NCBI GenBank assembly: GCA_048013815.1
Contig: CM106585.1
Location: 18,166,001-18,230,000, forward strand
Direction of reading: 5' to 3'
DNA from: Setoptus koraiensis
Lineage: Eukaryota; Animalia; Arthropoda
Length of the DNA stretch: 64,000 bases
Shown here: positions 51,966 to 64,000 of the stretch, one piece after another
How positions within the stretch are numbered: position 1 is the first letter of the stretch
Layout of the letters: the number at the start of each line of letters is the position of its first letter
The notes under the pieces: model-generated
The model's input: only the letters and a program-made list of their open reading frames with translations
The model's database searches: none
What the model was told of the DNA's origin: nothing
Position numbers and translations under genes: made by a program

Positions 51966-54900
51966 TTTCAATCTCGTCAATGATTGTTTCTGTTCTTATA
52001 TCAATGTAGAAGTGTGTCTTTGTGCTTGTAGTTTTTTGATGTGTTAGCGTGAATACTATAATGAGGATAGTCTGATCTGTATGGTAAACGGCACAAGTCT
52101 AGTTTTGGCATTCACTCTATTGATTGGTGTTGTTACGCAAATTCGAGATTTATCACTGGAATAGCGAACAGTTGGTTAGACGGAGAACCAAAGAATCAGA
52201 GAGCTCGGGAAAAGTGTGTGTGGCTTTGTATTCTCGTGATAGTTCAGTTGTGGCTGACCGATTATCATAACGAAGTCAAGTCATCTACATGGACTACAAG
52301 CGCCTTGCCGCTCTGTCTTCTTGCCGAACAAAAAAATCCGCAAAAGACTGCCGGTTATGCAGTGCCAGACAAGTCAGGAGGATAAGTATAATCACGGTAA
52401 GCTGTTGTTGCAGAAATTTTTGGCAATGGCGACGCTAGAATTAAATTCATTGTGTTCCATCACTCGAAGCCAACTTCGTGTATATGAGTGTAACTTAAAT
52501 ATCTTCCCTCTGCTACTTCAATAATACCAATTCTTTGTCCTTCAGATGGCAAGTGCAATGAATGTATCTCTGGATGTTTGGTCACTGAACTCATTCAATG
52601 GGACAGGCATGTACGCTGCGATTGTTGTTGGAGGTTGAAGGTGCGTTAGTGGTTTTTATGGTGATGATTCAATTGCAGGCAGTGGTTTTGCCAACTTTAG
52701 CTGTACAGCCCGCTGTCAAGCTGTTGTTTTATGCCAATGACAATGTAAATGAATGAAAGAGGGGGACAAGTTTATTGTTAGTGAAGTTGCTCGGTCGACA
52801 ATATTGGCTTGCCAGCGCTACAGAGCTTGCAAGCATATTAATAGTTCACCACTCAGAGATAGCTCAGTTAAGAGCGTATAAGTTCGTTTGTAGTAATAGT
52901 AGGAAAAATTATGTATAAGTATGTTATCGTAGGTATTTGCATTGTTGTCGTTGCTGTATCTGATTTGGTAGGAGTGTTATGATGGCGCCAATTTTTTGTC
53001 TTTAGATTGCTGCAAATATTAGTCGCACATCAGCAAATTTAGTAAGATATTACTAACTGTCTAAATCTGAGCACCCATACATTTACGACAGTCCCTCAAC
53101 AATAGATTCTAGAGTCTGGACTCTGGAGAGTGTAGATTACGATAGATGCGCATTGTTATTACATATAGGGAAATACTGATAATTGTAATGCCGTTGTTGT
53201 TAGTTGTGCCAGTGATATCATCGTGGCAATAGTGATAGTAATGCAGCATCCAAGATATTCGGATAAAAGTTTGTACAGAGTTGTAGTGTGAGCCCGGTTA
53301 CGACATCAGTTTAGCCAATTCATTAGACGTTCAGGTCAATCGTCATAGCATCCTTGGTCTTTGATCTTAGAACACAAACTGATCCTCAAGACTTGCGAAT
53401 ATGGACGCTTTCCCAGTCACTACTCTGGTAGTCAGCTATAAACGAACTAATATGTGGCGATGGCGATTCAGAATGGCTGCGGATATTAAGTCGGAAGTAA
53501 TGGACCTCCCGGCGATGAAGCGGCTTAATGTTGTCTGCTCTCGCGTCCACGCTTAAATTGAGCTTGCTATCGCACTAATGGTATCACTCTTACAATTGTT
53601 GTTTCTTACCTTTTGTTACAATTATCCTACTTGGATGGCAATGAAATCTGGATGGAAGTGAGAATGGGTCAATCAAGGGCTCAACTATTACAACTAGTTG
53701 ATGTTTTCAATGCTTGCGTTGCTGTATGTTGTGTCTGTGTATGCCTGCGTCTGTCTTTCGGCTGCGTGCTCAACAGTACATGAGAGTATCGGTCAACAAT
53801 ATCAGACGAAAAATATCTGCTACTTCTGTATAATTCTGTATTATTCTCTTGTAGTGTGTTGTGTCGCTGCACTGTGCACTGTATAAGTGTTGCTGTTGTT
53901 GGTGTCTTTTGAAATGTTTTGCTGATCTAAATCTGGCTAATAATAACAGAGATTTGCTTGGAATATCGTTTCTTGGCTTGCAACGTGTATTGAGTGTTAT
54001 TATTAGAAAAGAAAAAACTTTTACATTCTACACTAACCTTGATCTTTCTTTGCCATGTGCTCAACGTCTTGTTGTGTGCCTCGTTCGTACGACTACTAAG
54101 TCTGATAAATGTTGTTATATCACTGTTGTTGTTGTTGCTGTTGTTGCATTTACGTGTCCGTTTAGCTCAATTTCTAATTGTGATCTTGTATAGTTTGATA
54201 TAGTCTGTCTTGTCTGTGTTATTCCAAAATGTCGAAACTATCTCACGATGACATGTTTCCAGCGTATGTGTTCTGGTGTTTGTTCGCTTGATTTGGTTCG
54301 TTGCAAATAGATTGTTGTTGTTCGAATTGTTGTTGCGAGCAGCATTGTTTGCCCATCGCGTTGTGGCGTCAGTTCCTTCTCTGTCTCTGTCTCTCTCTTC
54401 TCTTTGTGTGTAATATCAGCAGTGTATACCGAGCGAATGCTTGTTGGCGAGTGAGCGAGATTCGCTCTAGTGTCGCTTGCCCCACACTGCCATTAGAATA
54501 GTTCTATATTCCTCTATAATGGAAAAAGTCTGAGAGAGTTTGTTCGACGACGACGACGACTTGATCGCCCCCCGATGTCCACAACTTGAATACGAAAAAA
54601 AGAGCCGCTAGGCGCGCTAGTGGCGCTTTGGAATGCGCAACGAAGGCCGCAGTGTTTCGTTACGTGGTTATTGGTCGCCGATTGCAAGCGTCAGCGCACA
54701 GCGAGCAGTAGGCGGTCCTCGGGGCTGGTTCTGGGGTTGGTTATCCTGCGGACGGCACCGGGGTGCAGGCAGCACTCGCGTCGCAACAACGAGGCAGGGT
54801 AGCGCCGCCCTCGCGGATATTTCGGCATCGATATTTTAAGCATCGGAAGGGTCTCACGCAGCACACTTGCAAGCGTATGCGGTCGTGTGCAGTCGTCGAC

Positions 54901-55578
54901 TCGCACACACTCACACACAAACAAAAACAACAAGAGATAAAATGTGTGCGCCTGAGCGTGCGTCTCTCTCTCTCTCTCTCTCTAAACATCGAACATTTTA
55001 GTGCCACAGGTTTGTGCGTGTGTGTGTGTGCGCAAATCAACAACAAAGAACTCGGAGAGAGACGCACACACGGACAGACAGTTCATTACTCTAGTAACGC
55101 CACTGGCGTGTTACTGCTGCCTCTACAATGTAGAGTCTACATGTGGCACGGCTCTGCATGTAGCAGCGCAATGATCATATGATCCCTGCTGTTACCCCGA
55201 CAGCGCATTCCGTGGTGTGCCTGTTTCACCTTAAGATGTCGCTCCAGTTGATTGGTGATTGCACTTGATACATGTGGCCGCGTTGCGCTGACGCTGTTGC
55301 GAGACTCTCACAGTGAGAGCGCTCCACTGGCGGGCCCCATTCGTTCATTCGCGTTCGGCTGGCTGCATCCGTTCGATTGTCGGCTGTGAGAATCGGCAAT
55401 CGACAATTGCTTCGAATTGTGACTTATCGGCACTGCACCGGCTGCAAAGCCAATGAGCGGTCGGAACGGACGCGCGTCGGTCCAGCCGCCGATACAAGTG
55501 CCCAGTGGGACCCGTTGGCGACGCCATGCGTTCGCCACCGTGCACCATATTTGTCGCGGCCAAGTTGCAACAGCGCCG

Positions 55579-55616
55579 CGCTGCACAATCACGCCGCTGC
55601 ACAATCACGCCGCTGC
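55579..55616. repeat. 16-bp tandem repeat CGCTGCACAATCACGC x2.4
   Basis: Direct reading of the sequence. Confidence 0.85.
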
Positions 55617-57989
55617 CCGTAATGGAGTGCAATAGAGTGCTCACAGAGAGCACAAAGTGGCCAAAGTGCCTTAATATGGTCAAATGATGGTCGAAATCGA
55701 ATTAATGCGCACTGCGACCGACGCACCGAACAAGCAGCCAATGGCGGACACAAAGAGTCGAGCGACGCGAGTCTTGTTTTGTTGCTGACAACGCTCATAA
55801 TGATGACGACCAGCCAAAAAACGTGGACACCCGACAACAAAAGACGCCACCAGACGATACAACAACTTTTGCCATGTCCAACAACAACAACAACCCAAAC
55901 GGCCATTGCGCATGCCCCCGTTGTGCGCCCCCTGGCTTGGCAGTATTATGCAAGCAGGGCGCTCAGTTTGAACGCAAAACTATCCGTCGCCCCAGTCCGT
56001 GTTTTCGTTGTCGCCTGCTCGGCCGGCCGGCGAAGAGGAGCCAACTGGAGAAGTTGCGTCGGAAAAAATTGTCCCCGGCCAAGCATTTTTTCACCAATCT
56101 CACCCGCTTCCGTTCTGCGTGGATGCAACTGTTACGCAACCGGCCCGACACTCGGAATTTCACTCTGTTGCTTGCACTGTTTTGCACGCATTGCATTGCT
56201 CGGTCTCACGGTGTGCTCGCTCGCCTCGTATGCAAGTGAGACCTGCCGTCTCCTCATTAAATTAAATCACTCCTCATTAAATCACTCAACTTTGTCGGTC
56301 GCAACGGTGCCAGACTGGTTACGTTTGTTCCTGTTGTCGTCATGCCACTCACTCAATGGTTGCCTGTTCGCCTGTTTGTTGCAGCATTCGCGAATGACGG
56401 ATCAATGGCAAGGCAGGCGGCACGTCATTATTGCAAAACTAAAAACAAGCTCAAAAAGAGTTGAAACCTAGATAAATACAGCTAATTATCCGACACGAGA
56501 GCTCAGTCCAATGAGTTCCAATGAGTTTGTGTGTCGCCCCTGCGCCCCACAAGCAACAACAGTTGCCACAACAGCACCCCAGAGCACTTGTATCTCTCTG
56601 GTATTTGTGCGTGCCACCAATATTCAATCACCACAACCACGGCTTGTAACAACCACCGATTGTAACAACCACCGCTTGTAAGAGCAACGACAACAGCAAA
56701 GGCGTTATCTCGAAAGCATAATCTGTCGACAACACACAAGCCAAGACTCGTAAGCTCTCAAAGACAAGCCATTGAACGGCGAAGGCTGAGGGATATAATT
56801 ATAATTATCAGAGAGATATTGCGATTATTGAACACATGTTGCCACTTCTCGCTCATGAGCCGCCCAAATCAACAGGTTTATCGTGACTCCGAATACCATT
56901 CGAGTGGCTGTTGTTTTTGTTGTTGTCGTAGTTGTTGTTGTTGTCGTGGTTGTTGTTGTTGTTGTTGTTGTCGTGGTTGGTGCTGTTGTTGCTGATGTGG
57001 TTGTTGGGGCTGCCGTTGCGCAACAAAAGTGTTATTATAATATTGTGGAGTGGCTGCTGCAATTACTATGGCACCACCAGACGCTAATAAATTACTCGCC
57101 GTCTCGTGATTCCTATGGCATTAGCTCGAGTGATGCGACGCGTAAGCCAAGCCATATTGTAAATAACAACAACAACAACATGTTTTCTATGACAGTTGGA
57201 GGCGCGTTTGGAGTTCGCAAAACGTGCTCACGGCAAGGCCGTGCCTTGGCTCATGTAGTCAGCTCTTTTATTTTATGTCCAAGTTGGCGAGCGTTTACAA
57301 TTACAGATAGATGGAGGTGCGTATGTTGATGTTTATGTTTTGACTGAATGTTGTGCTGGTTGTTGCCGATTTCGATGATGACGATTTACCCAGTGTGCAT
57401 TCTGGAAAGCTCACTGCCATGTAAAGGAGCTGCCAGACTGGCAAGCCGGCCATTTATGAACTGACTGACTGGCTGGCTGGCAGGTTGCGCTCGCAGTTTA
57501 GTACTGTGTGTGTAATTGTGTCTACCTGAGATATACTATTACCACTACACTATTAGAATATATACACTCTGGTTGTACAGATAGTCTTGATACAGCCAGT
57601 ACGTATAATAACAACTATTACATAGTGGAGTGGCGAATAACGACTCGCCATATGACACAGTAAGGCATCGAGATATTACAGTAACGCGTATTATTTGCAC
57701 GATCGAGTATCGCGCAATCACTCAACGCGCGAAAGAACAACAAAAGTCTTCATGGAATGCCAAACTCAGCCGGCAAAAGGTGTAGTGATAAATTGAAAAA
57801 AGTTTTTTTTGTCAGCAATGTAACTCTTGTTGCTCGCTCAATTCATTGCTGCCATTCATGAGCAATCAATTAGCATGTTACCATCTCTATTACAACAGTA
57901 TAACTATTACAAACACGTACAAACAGGTATTCGAGGAGCCTCTGTCAATACTGGCTCGACAATGGCTCAACTGCGAGTGGCGCCAGGGT

Positions 57990-58068
57990 GAGTCTTGTCA
58001 GGGCGAGTCTTGTCAGAGGGAGTCTTGTCAGGGCGAGTCTTGTCAGAGGGAGTCTTGTCAGAGCGAGT
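57990..58068. repeat. 15-bp minisatellite GAGTCTTGTCAG(GGC/AGG/AGC) x5
   Basis: Units start at 57990, 58005, 58020, 58035 and 58050, in an A-B-A-B-C variant order. Confidence 0.92.
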
Positions 58069-58378
58069 AATGGCAGATTGCGCCGTTAGCTATTGCCGAC
58101 ACCAGTCACCACAATCAATGCAACATCCATGTATATTGTAACAGTGGAACGTATGTTTATTTAAAGGGCTACAACGTTATTATTTTACATTCTTTGTATT
58201 TATATATGGACTAAACTAAACTAACTATACATGCAACGCGATCGCTGGCTTGCCAGTGCATGTTACGCTGCTGCGATTTATGGTATGGTGTTTATTTATT
58301 TTAACAGCCAGCCATCAATATCGTCATTGCACAACTAACAGGTGATGCTGACCTATTGTATGCTGGCTGTTGCTCTAT

Positions 58379-60452
58379 TCAGACGTTTGTCCTCTTCTCT
58401 GACTGAAACGGTGCCTTGAGATCGACTTGATTTTGGCTTCTCGGTTGCTTAACAACTCCGGTAAAATTTTCAGCCTCTTCCATGGTGTCTGGCATCTCTG
58501 TGCCCTTTGTCTCGGGCAATCTAATCATAAGACCACCTGCCAGCCACGCCAATGCTGCATACATCAATGGCGGATATGATGCGCCTGTCAATTGGGCCAG
58601 TTCCTTGATGAATGGGGCCAATATGGAGCCTATTCTGCCTGCAATCATACATGAGTTTGCTGCTGTCTGACGCAACGTTGTCGGATATATCTCAATGGTT
58701 TGATATAGTACATTTGTGAATGCGCAAGACATGAAAAATTTTGCGCCCATCACAAGTATTCGTTGGGCCCAAATTATTTCGTATAAGTGGGCAGGCGTTA
58801 GCATGGCACACAGTATACCGATGGAGCCAAATATGAAAATGTTTGTTGCTCGGCGTGGCATAAATTTCATACACAGTATAGTTATTGCTGCCGATGGCAA
58901 CTCTGTTATGCCTGCCCAGGTAAAATCAACAAATAGATTTTTGCCACCAAAATCGCCCAATCTAAGCGCAATGCCGTAATAAATGAAACCGTCTATTGCC
59001 CAGGCCGTGTACAATATCAGCGAATATTTGCGCAAATTTTTCGTCTTGAACAAATCTAAAATGTTCAATTTGTGCTCATTTTCGCAATACTTCTTTGAGC
59101 TCATCTCCAATTCTAGCTGCTTGAATTTTGCATCAAATTGTTCCAAATGCGACTTGACACCATTGAATCTGGCCGCGTTGTGCAATACCTGACGGGCCTC
59201 CTTGTAGCGCTTGTGTGTCAATAGCCAACGGGGAGATTCGGGCAAAAACAGTATCCAAATAACGAACAACAACTCATAGAATACTATGAACAATTGAACA
59301 TGACGGAAATGTAGAAAATATTGCGTTACCCAGGGCATTGTACAATAGCCAATGACCCAGCCCAACGAGCCCAATGTCGATATGTGCATTCGATACTTCT
59401 TGCCCACCCATTCAATCATGATTAAATATGAGGTGGACGATCGGCCCGCGTTGCCGAGACCCAATAGAAATCTAAACAATAGAAACATCTCCATTGAGCT
59501 GGCCGTGGCACAACAAAAGCCCGCTATTACCTCTATGAGGGCGCCACACAACAGACTTTTGTAGCGGCCAAATCTGTCAGACAAATAGCCAAATATTAGA
59601 AAGCTAGCTATAAATCCCGAGAAGTATAGAGATTGCGACAACGATATAAGCCAGCCGCGCTGACAAACCAAATTCCACTCCTCTATAATGGTAGATATCC
59701 ATGGTCCCGTATTGTACTCATACGAGCTACAATATGGTGCAACCGTGCCACCGGAAGTGCCGCCAACGGCGCTAAAATTGCTTGGGGTGCATTCTTTGGT
59801 CAGCTGCGACGGACGGTCGTAACTTACATTGTAATGTTGGCCGTGTCTATAATTTCGTTCAGGTGAATAGAAGAATGTCGTGAATATGTTGGCAATTCCC
59901 TTGTCGTTGGCCAAGCGACTGTGATCACTGTGATAGACCAGATGATTGGCTGATGTTGCCGATACATTTGTAGATTCTTGCCTACACCGATAGTTGATAA
60001 ACTGAGTCGGTGCATAAAATGATACTCCTAGATTATTGTAAGCCGATGTAACACTGTTGAATGTGTGTGGTTGGCAAGAAATATAACATAATTACAATTA
60101 TGAGCGACACAAACAAACGGACAAGCAAAGTTAGAATGCTCGCAATTAACTCAGAATCGAGATGCTGCTTCGTCCCAGATCGAGCTATTTACCCTATGAG
60201 TATTTTGAACATGAATATATAAAATTGATATTTGCCCCAGTGGCCGATGAGATCAGATATTTGCATAGGCTCGTCGGTGGTTGTTTTTGTTTCTATTGGA
60301 GAACTGCCCAGACAAGTGCTGTTGTTTCTTTTGTCTATGATCATGTGATCACTTGATGAGAGTGCTCTCTCTAAGTTGTAACTCTTTGTCTTGCTGCCTG
60401 GACTAGCGGGCAAACCATCGCCGTTATAAGACATCCTGTGCTCGCGTCCCAT
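58379..60452 (-). CDS. SLC22/Orct-like organic cation transporter (MFS), 644 aa; exons 60452-60193 and 60053-58379
   Basis: GHWGKYQ, TIIEEWNLVC, GYLSDRFGR, LPESPRWL, EIYPTTLR and LPETKG motifs. A 139-nt GTAAAT...AACAG intron (60192-60054) joins the ORFs in frame (1,935 nt). Confidence 0.93.
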
Positions 60453-63400
60453 GGTTACAATGAATCAAACTGTTGCTCTAATGTTCATCTAATGACATTT
60501 ATACTCTTATATTCCTCTGAGATATGAGATACTTTCGCTGCTACTACTTTTACTATAATTATTATTGTGTTGTTATGCAAATGGGCGCTTGTTCTTTGGT
60601 GATTAATGGATATCACGGCGTTGAATATCACGATCGATGCGCTTGGGCCGATTTGAATAATGACGATGCCAGTCGTTGACAACTAATTATCGCATGCATA
60701 AATTAATATCAATAATCGGGCATGGATTAACAGCCAACACCGGATGGTAATCTATTGCTGCTGCTGCTACTACTACTACTATTATCGATGATCATACTGT
60801 CTGATGCATGTCGTGACTCACTACTGACTGATAGAAAATGGATCATTATGGCTTATAAATGGTTTCCATTACTCGCGTTTGTTTTACTCGCAAATGTATT
60901 GCCTCGATCACTCGATTAGAAACAACAAGTGCAGACGAGGAAAAGAAGAGGAGAGAACCGACAAATCGTCTAATTATTATCATTATTACATTGCAACAAG
61001 CAATGCCGTTCTATACAAACACATTCATTAAAATTGAATGATACACATGAACAAATTGGCACAACTGTGGCATGAATATACTCTAACTAAACATTACTAG
61101 CTTGAGTTACACACAATTTCTAGCGCAAAAGATGGGCCAACACATACAATTAAGTCAAGAAAGAGCCACGTTTATTTGGAGCTAAGCACGCCTAGATATC
61201 ATTGTCTTGCAATCATCATCAAGTTGTTATTATTGTTTACGGGTCTATCATGGACGATTAATTATAACTGATAATGGTGACTCTACAAGAGATCACTTCT
61301 TTGATATACTCTTAACAAATTATCCAAATCATTCTTTCTCGTTTAGCTCGCAATAATAATGTGGTAATAGATCACCACAGTCCACATGTCCAAGTCATGC
61401 TGCAGAGGTGACAGACGACGACGACGACGATGATGTTGAGATCATCAGACCTCGTTGTTACAATATTGCACAATATCGCATATCCATTATCTTCATTCTG
61501 TTGAAAATATTCGACAGACTAGTCGAGATGAATTGGTAGTGATAATTGATTGCAACTCTCTCATTAGATTATGTCGTCGATACTGGTTTATTTTCTATTG
61601 CAATTGATATTAATCTCAATGCCAATCATACTATACTGACACTATGAATTAGTAGAAATTTTTTCTATCAAAATGCTGTATCGACATGCGTCTGTGTTCA
61701 ATTATAAATAAATATCGGCAGCTTATTATCATTGTTGAGCTATAATGTGTCTCATCTCTGATAGCATACATACATGTCTGAGGGCTGCAAATGTACGCTT
61801 GATTGCACTGGACTAACCTGACCCAGCAATCTTAAGATTCTCGGGTCTGTCTAGATGTTCAGTCTTACTGAAGCTCAGCATGCTCATTCTGAATTAATTG
61901 TCGATAGCGATTCACAGCTTTTGTTGCATTTGTCATAATGTAAATATGCCAAAAAATGCTTTAATTCGACAATAACAATAACTAATCTCAAATGGTATTG
62001 CTAAACCGCTACAATTGCACAGACCGACAAATTGATTATGACACCATGTATAGTGTGTATGCAATAGCATGCATTATAAATAAATCCATATCGAGTCGAA
62101 TCAAGTCAGTGAAAAAGTTGTGAGGTAGCTTAAATGATGATTATCTGTCATTCCAGTCTGGGTACAATTGCGATTGAGCAAACACTGAAACGGTCAAGGT
62201 GTGTATCAAGACAACTGATGACACCCTATAAACTTTACATGAACGAACTATTCATCAAGTATCAAGTATTCTCCTTATTCATGTTACAGCATTAGAAATA
62301 GTTAATTAATGACTAATTGTTAAATGGATATAATTGTTCAAAGGCTGATTCGGCTGGCTTGTATTGTATATGTATAGTGCGCTAGCATGTCCACCCAAAA
62401 CGAGTCTAGTTTGTCAAAACGAAATCGGCAAACTTTTCGTTGAAACTTGTGTCTAGACTGGTGTTGCATAATGTGTAAAGATTGACATGGCGCAACAATC
62501 TTTCGATTGATAGTACGAAAGGAGAACAGCACTTACTTTTCTGGACGGCGGGTGTGTCTTGCATTACGTAGTAGTGGGTGGTATACAGTACAGAGGCTAA
62601 TTAAGACTAAATTAAGACTAATGAAAACTTTGCTTATTAAATTATCAGTTTATTAATTATTTAAATTTCAAGTTAATCTTTTGAATTTGGACCATTAATG
62701 GGTGACTGAGCAATCGGACGAGTAACTTCCCCGGCATGAACGACAGCCATCTTTATGTCGGGGAAAGCTGAGAAAAAGTCAAAAGTGTCCGACCACTACT
62801 GAGAGATGTCGATAAAAATGCTCCAACAAGTAACAGACAACTTGTACGAGATAGTAGTCGCTGCTGAGATTTTCAGTCATGATAACTAGCATGGTACTAT
62901 GAGGCTGTCTTCCAGTATTCGCATGTATCTTGATTTGTTGCCGGCAATCAGTCAGACACTATCACATCCCATGATGTGAAACCTGTGGCTTGTCAGATTG
63001 CAATATTTCGTATGAGATATACAATGCGACTCTTTTGCGACGACCTCAGTAGATCAAACGAGAGCTGGTGACCCCAGTAATTGAAAAATTCATCATTCAT
63101 ACCTGGACAACACCAGACAGGGAAAGGTGGTCAAGAGTTGGGATATCATTTAATCATTACTCACAAGATTGTCAGATAAATTGCGTTTAAATTGCCATTC
63201 CTCTGAAGTGTTTTCTCTTCGAAGACCAAGACCGAGTTCAGTTTTGCCGGTATCCCATTCATTCATTTCCATGCAAGTCAACGATGCTAGCGTATTTTAT
63301 AGCGGAGATAATTTGCAAGGTCGCCATAACGGCAAGATTATTTCCACCATCGTTGTTTGCTTGCATGCAACTTTGTACCGGCAGCGACATCTGAAAAGAC

Positions 63401-64000
63401 GTTTGCAATCTAAAATTTGATTAACAAAATTTCGCACCATATTATTTGAGAAGACGAACCCTTTGCGAACTTCCTCCATGGCCACATTAGTCTATAACGA
63501 TCAGTATAAATCGACCATACTTTTCATGGGGTATAATTGCACATTCCAGCCTTTGGGCTTCACCAGAAGAAAGCCCTCTCTCTTTTTTTTTTTTGCAAAC
63601 TCAAACAGATAACCCTCCCGGTCGTCGCAACAATCGAAGAAAACGAGAGAGCGACTTCGGAGATTGTCCAAAAAGAATGTTCAAACAGCAAACATACGGT
63701 TTGGTCTGTCTCAATCTCTCATTTATTTTTATCTACGATGTTTAATAACAATTAAGATTATTTTGATATTTTTGACTATCTATAATTTACGTTGAAACGT
63801 CTATCAATTGTGTGTGTGGAATTATTACGTACGTGCACATGTCAGATTTGATAAGATCAATGGTTAAATTTGTCGATATCATATTTGAGTACTTGTGTAG
63901 AATTGCCTTTCGATTCCATGTACACACACATATTTTAGCTTCATTTCCTATTGTTCTACATGTAATAGCAATTAGTTGTGATTGTTTTCATTTTCCCTCG

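Noticed and set aside
52176-52195. miR-184-like AGACGGAGAAC
   Set aside because: Seed mismatch and no complementary 5' arm.
55308-56471. Cluster of overlapping ORFs up to 230 aa
   Set aside because: Explained by high GC content suppressing stop codons. The starts are mostly non-ATG and there is no protein-like signature.
57990-58068. CRISPR-like repeat array
   Set aside because: The units are contiguous with only 3 variable bases, there are no unique spacers or cas genes, and the context is eukaryotic.

Overview
Eukaryotic, gene-dense and strongly intron-depleted window from an arthropod. My inference, from chelicerate-like proteins, mostly intronless conserved genes and tiny intergenic gaps, is a streamlined mite genome of the eriophyoid type; the species cannot be fixed from sequence alone. 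I can build 14 protein-coding models by hand: senseless/Gfi-type zinc finger, RpL27a, RUVBL2/Reptin, sphingosine kinase, MRPS2, SMG8, PLXDC-type receptor, MOCS2B/MoaE-like, MARCH-type RING-CH ligase, phosphatidylinositol synthase, dynamin, a large animal heme peroxidase, Yippee-like and an SLC22 transporter. Seven are intronless and the other seven share only 8 GT-AG introns. CAA/CAG/AAC/CA/GA microsatellites pervade both coding and non-coding DNA. The most striking anomaly is a 1,373-bp almost pure C/A tract inserted into the PLXDC coding sequence between two copies of TCAC; deleting it restores the conserved reading frame. It is most parsimoniously a sequencing or assembly artefact but is easy to test. 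Other leads are a MoaE with substituted conserved residues, a C-terminally truncated SMG8, a Yippee protein with a 333-aa tail, and two convergent genes whose stop codons overlap. I recognised no tRNA, rRNA, CRISPR array or intact transposon. All exon models are manual and lack transcript support.
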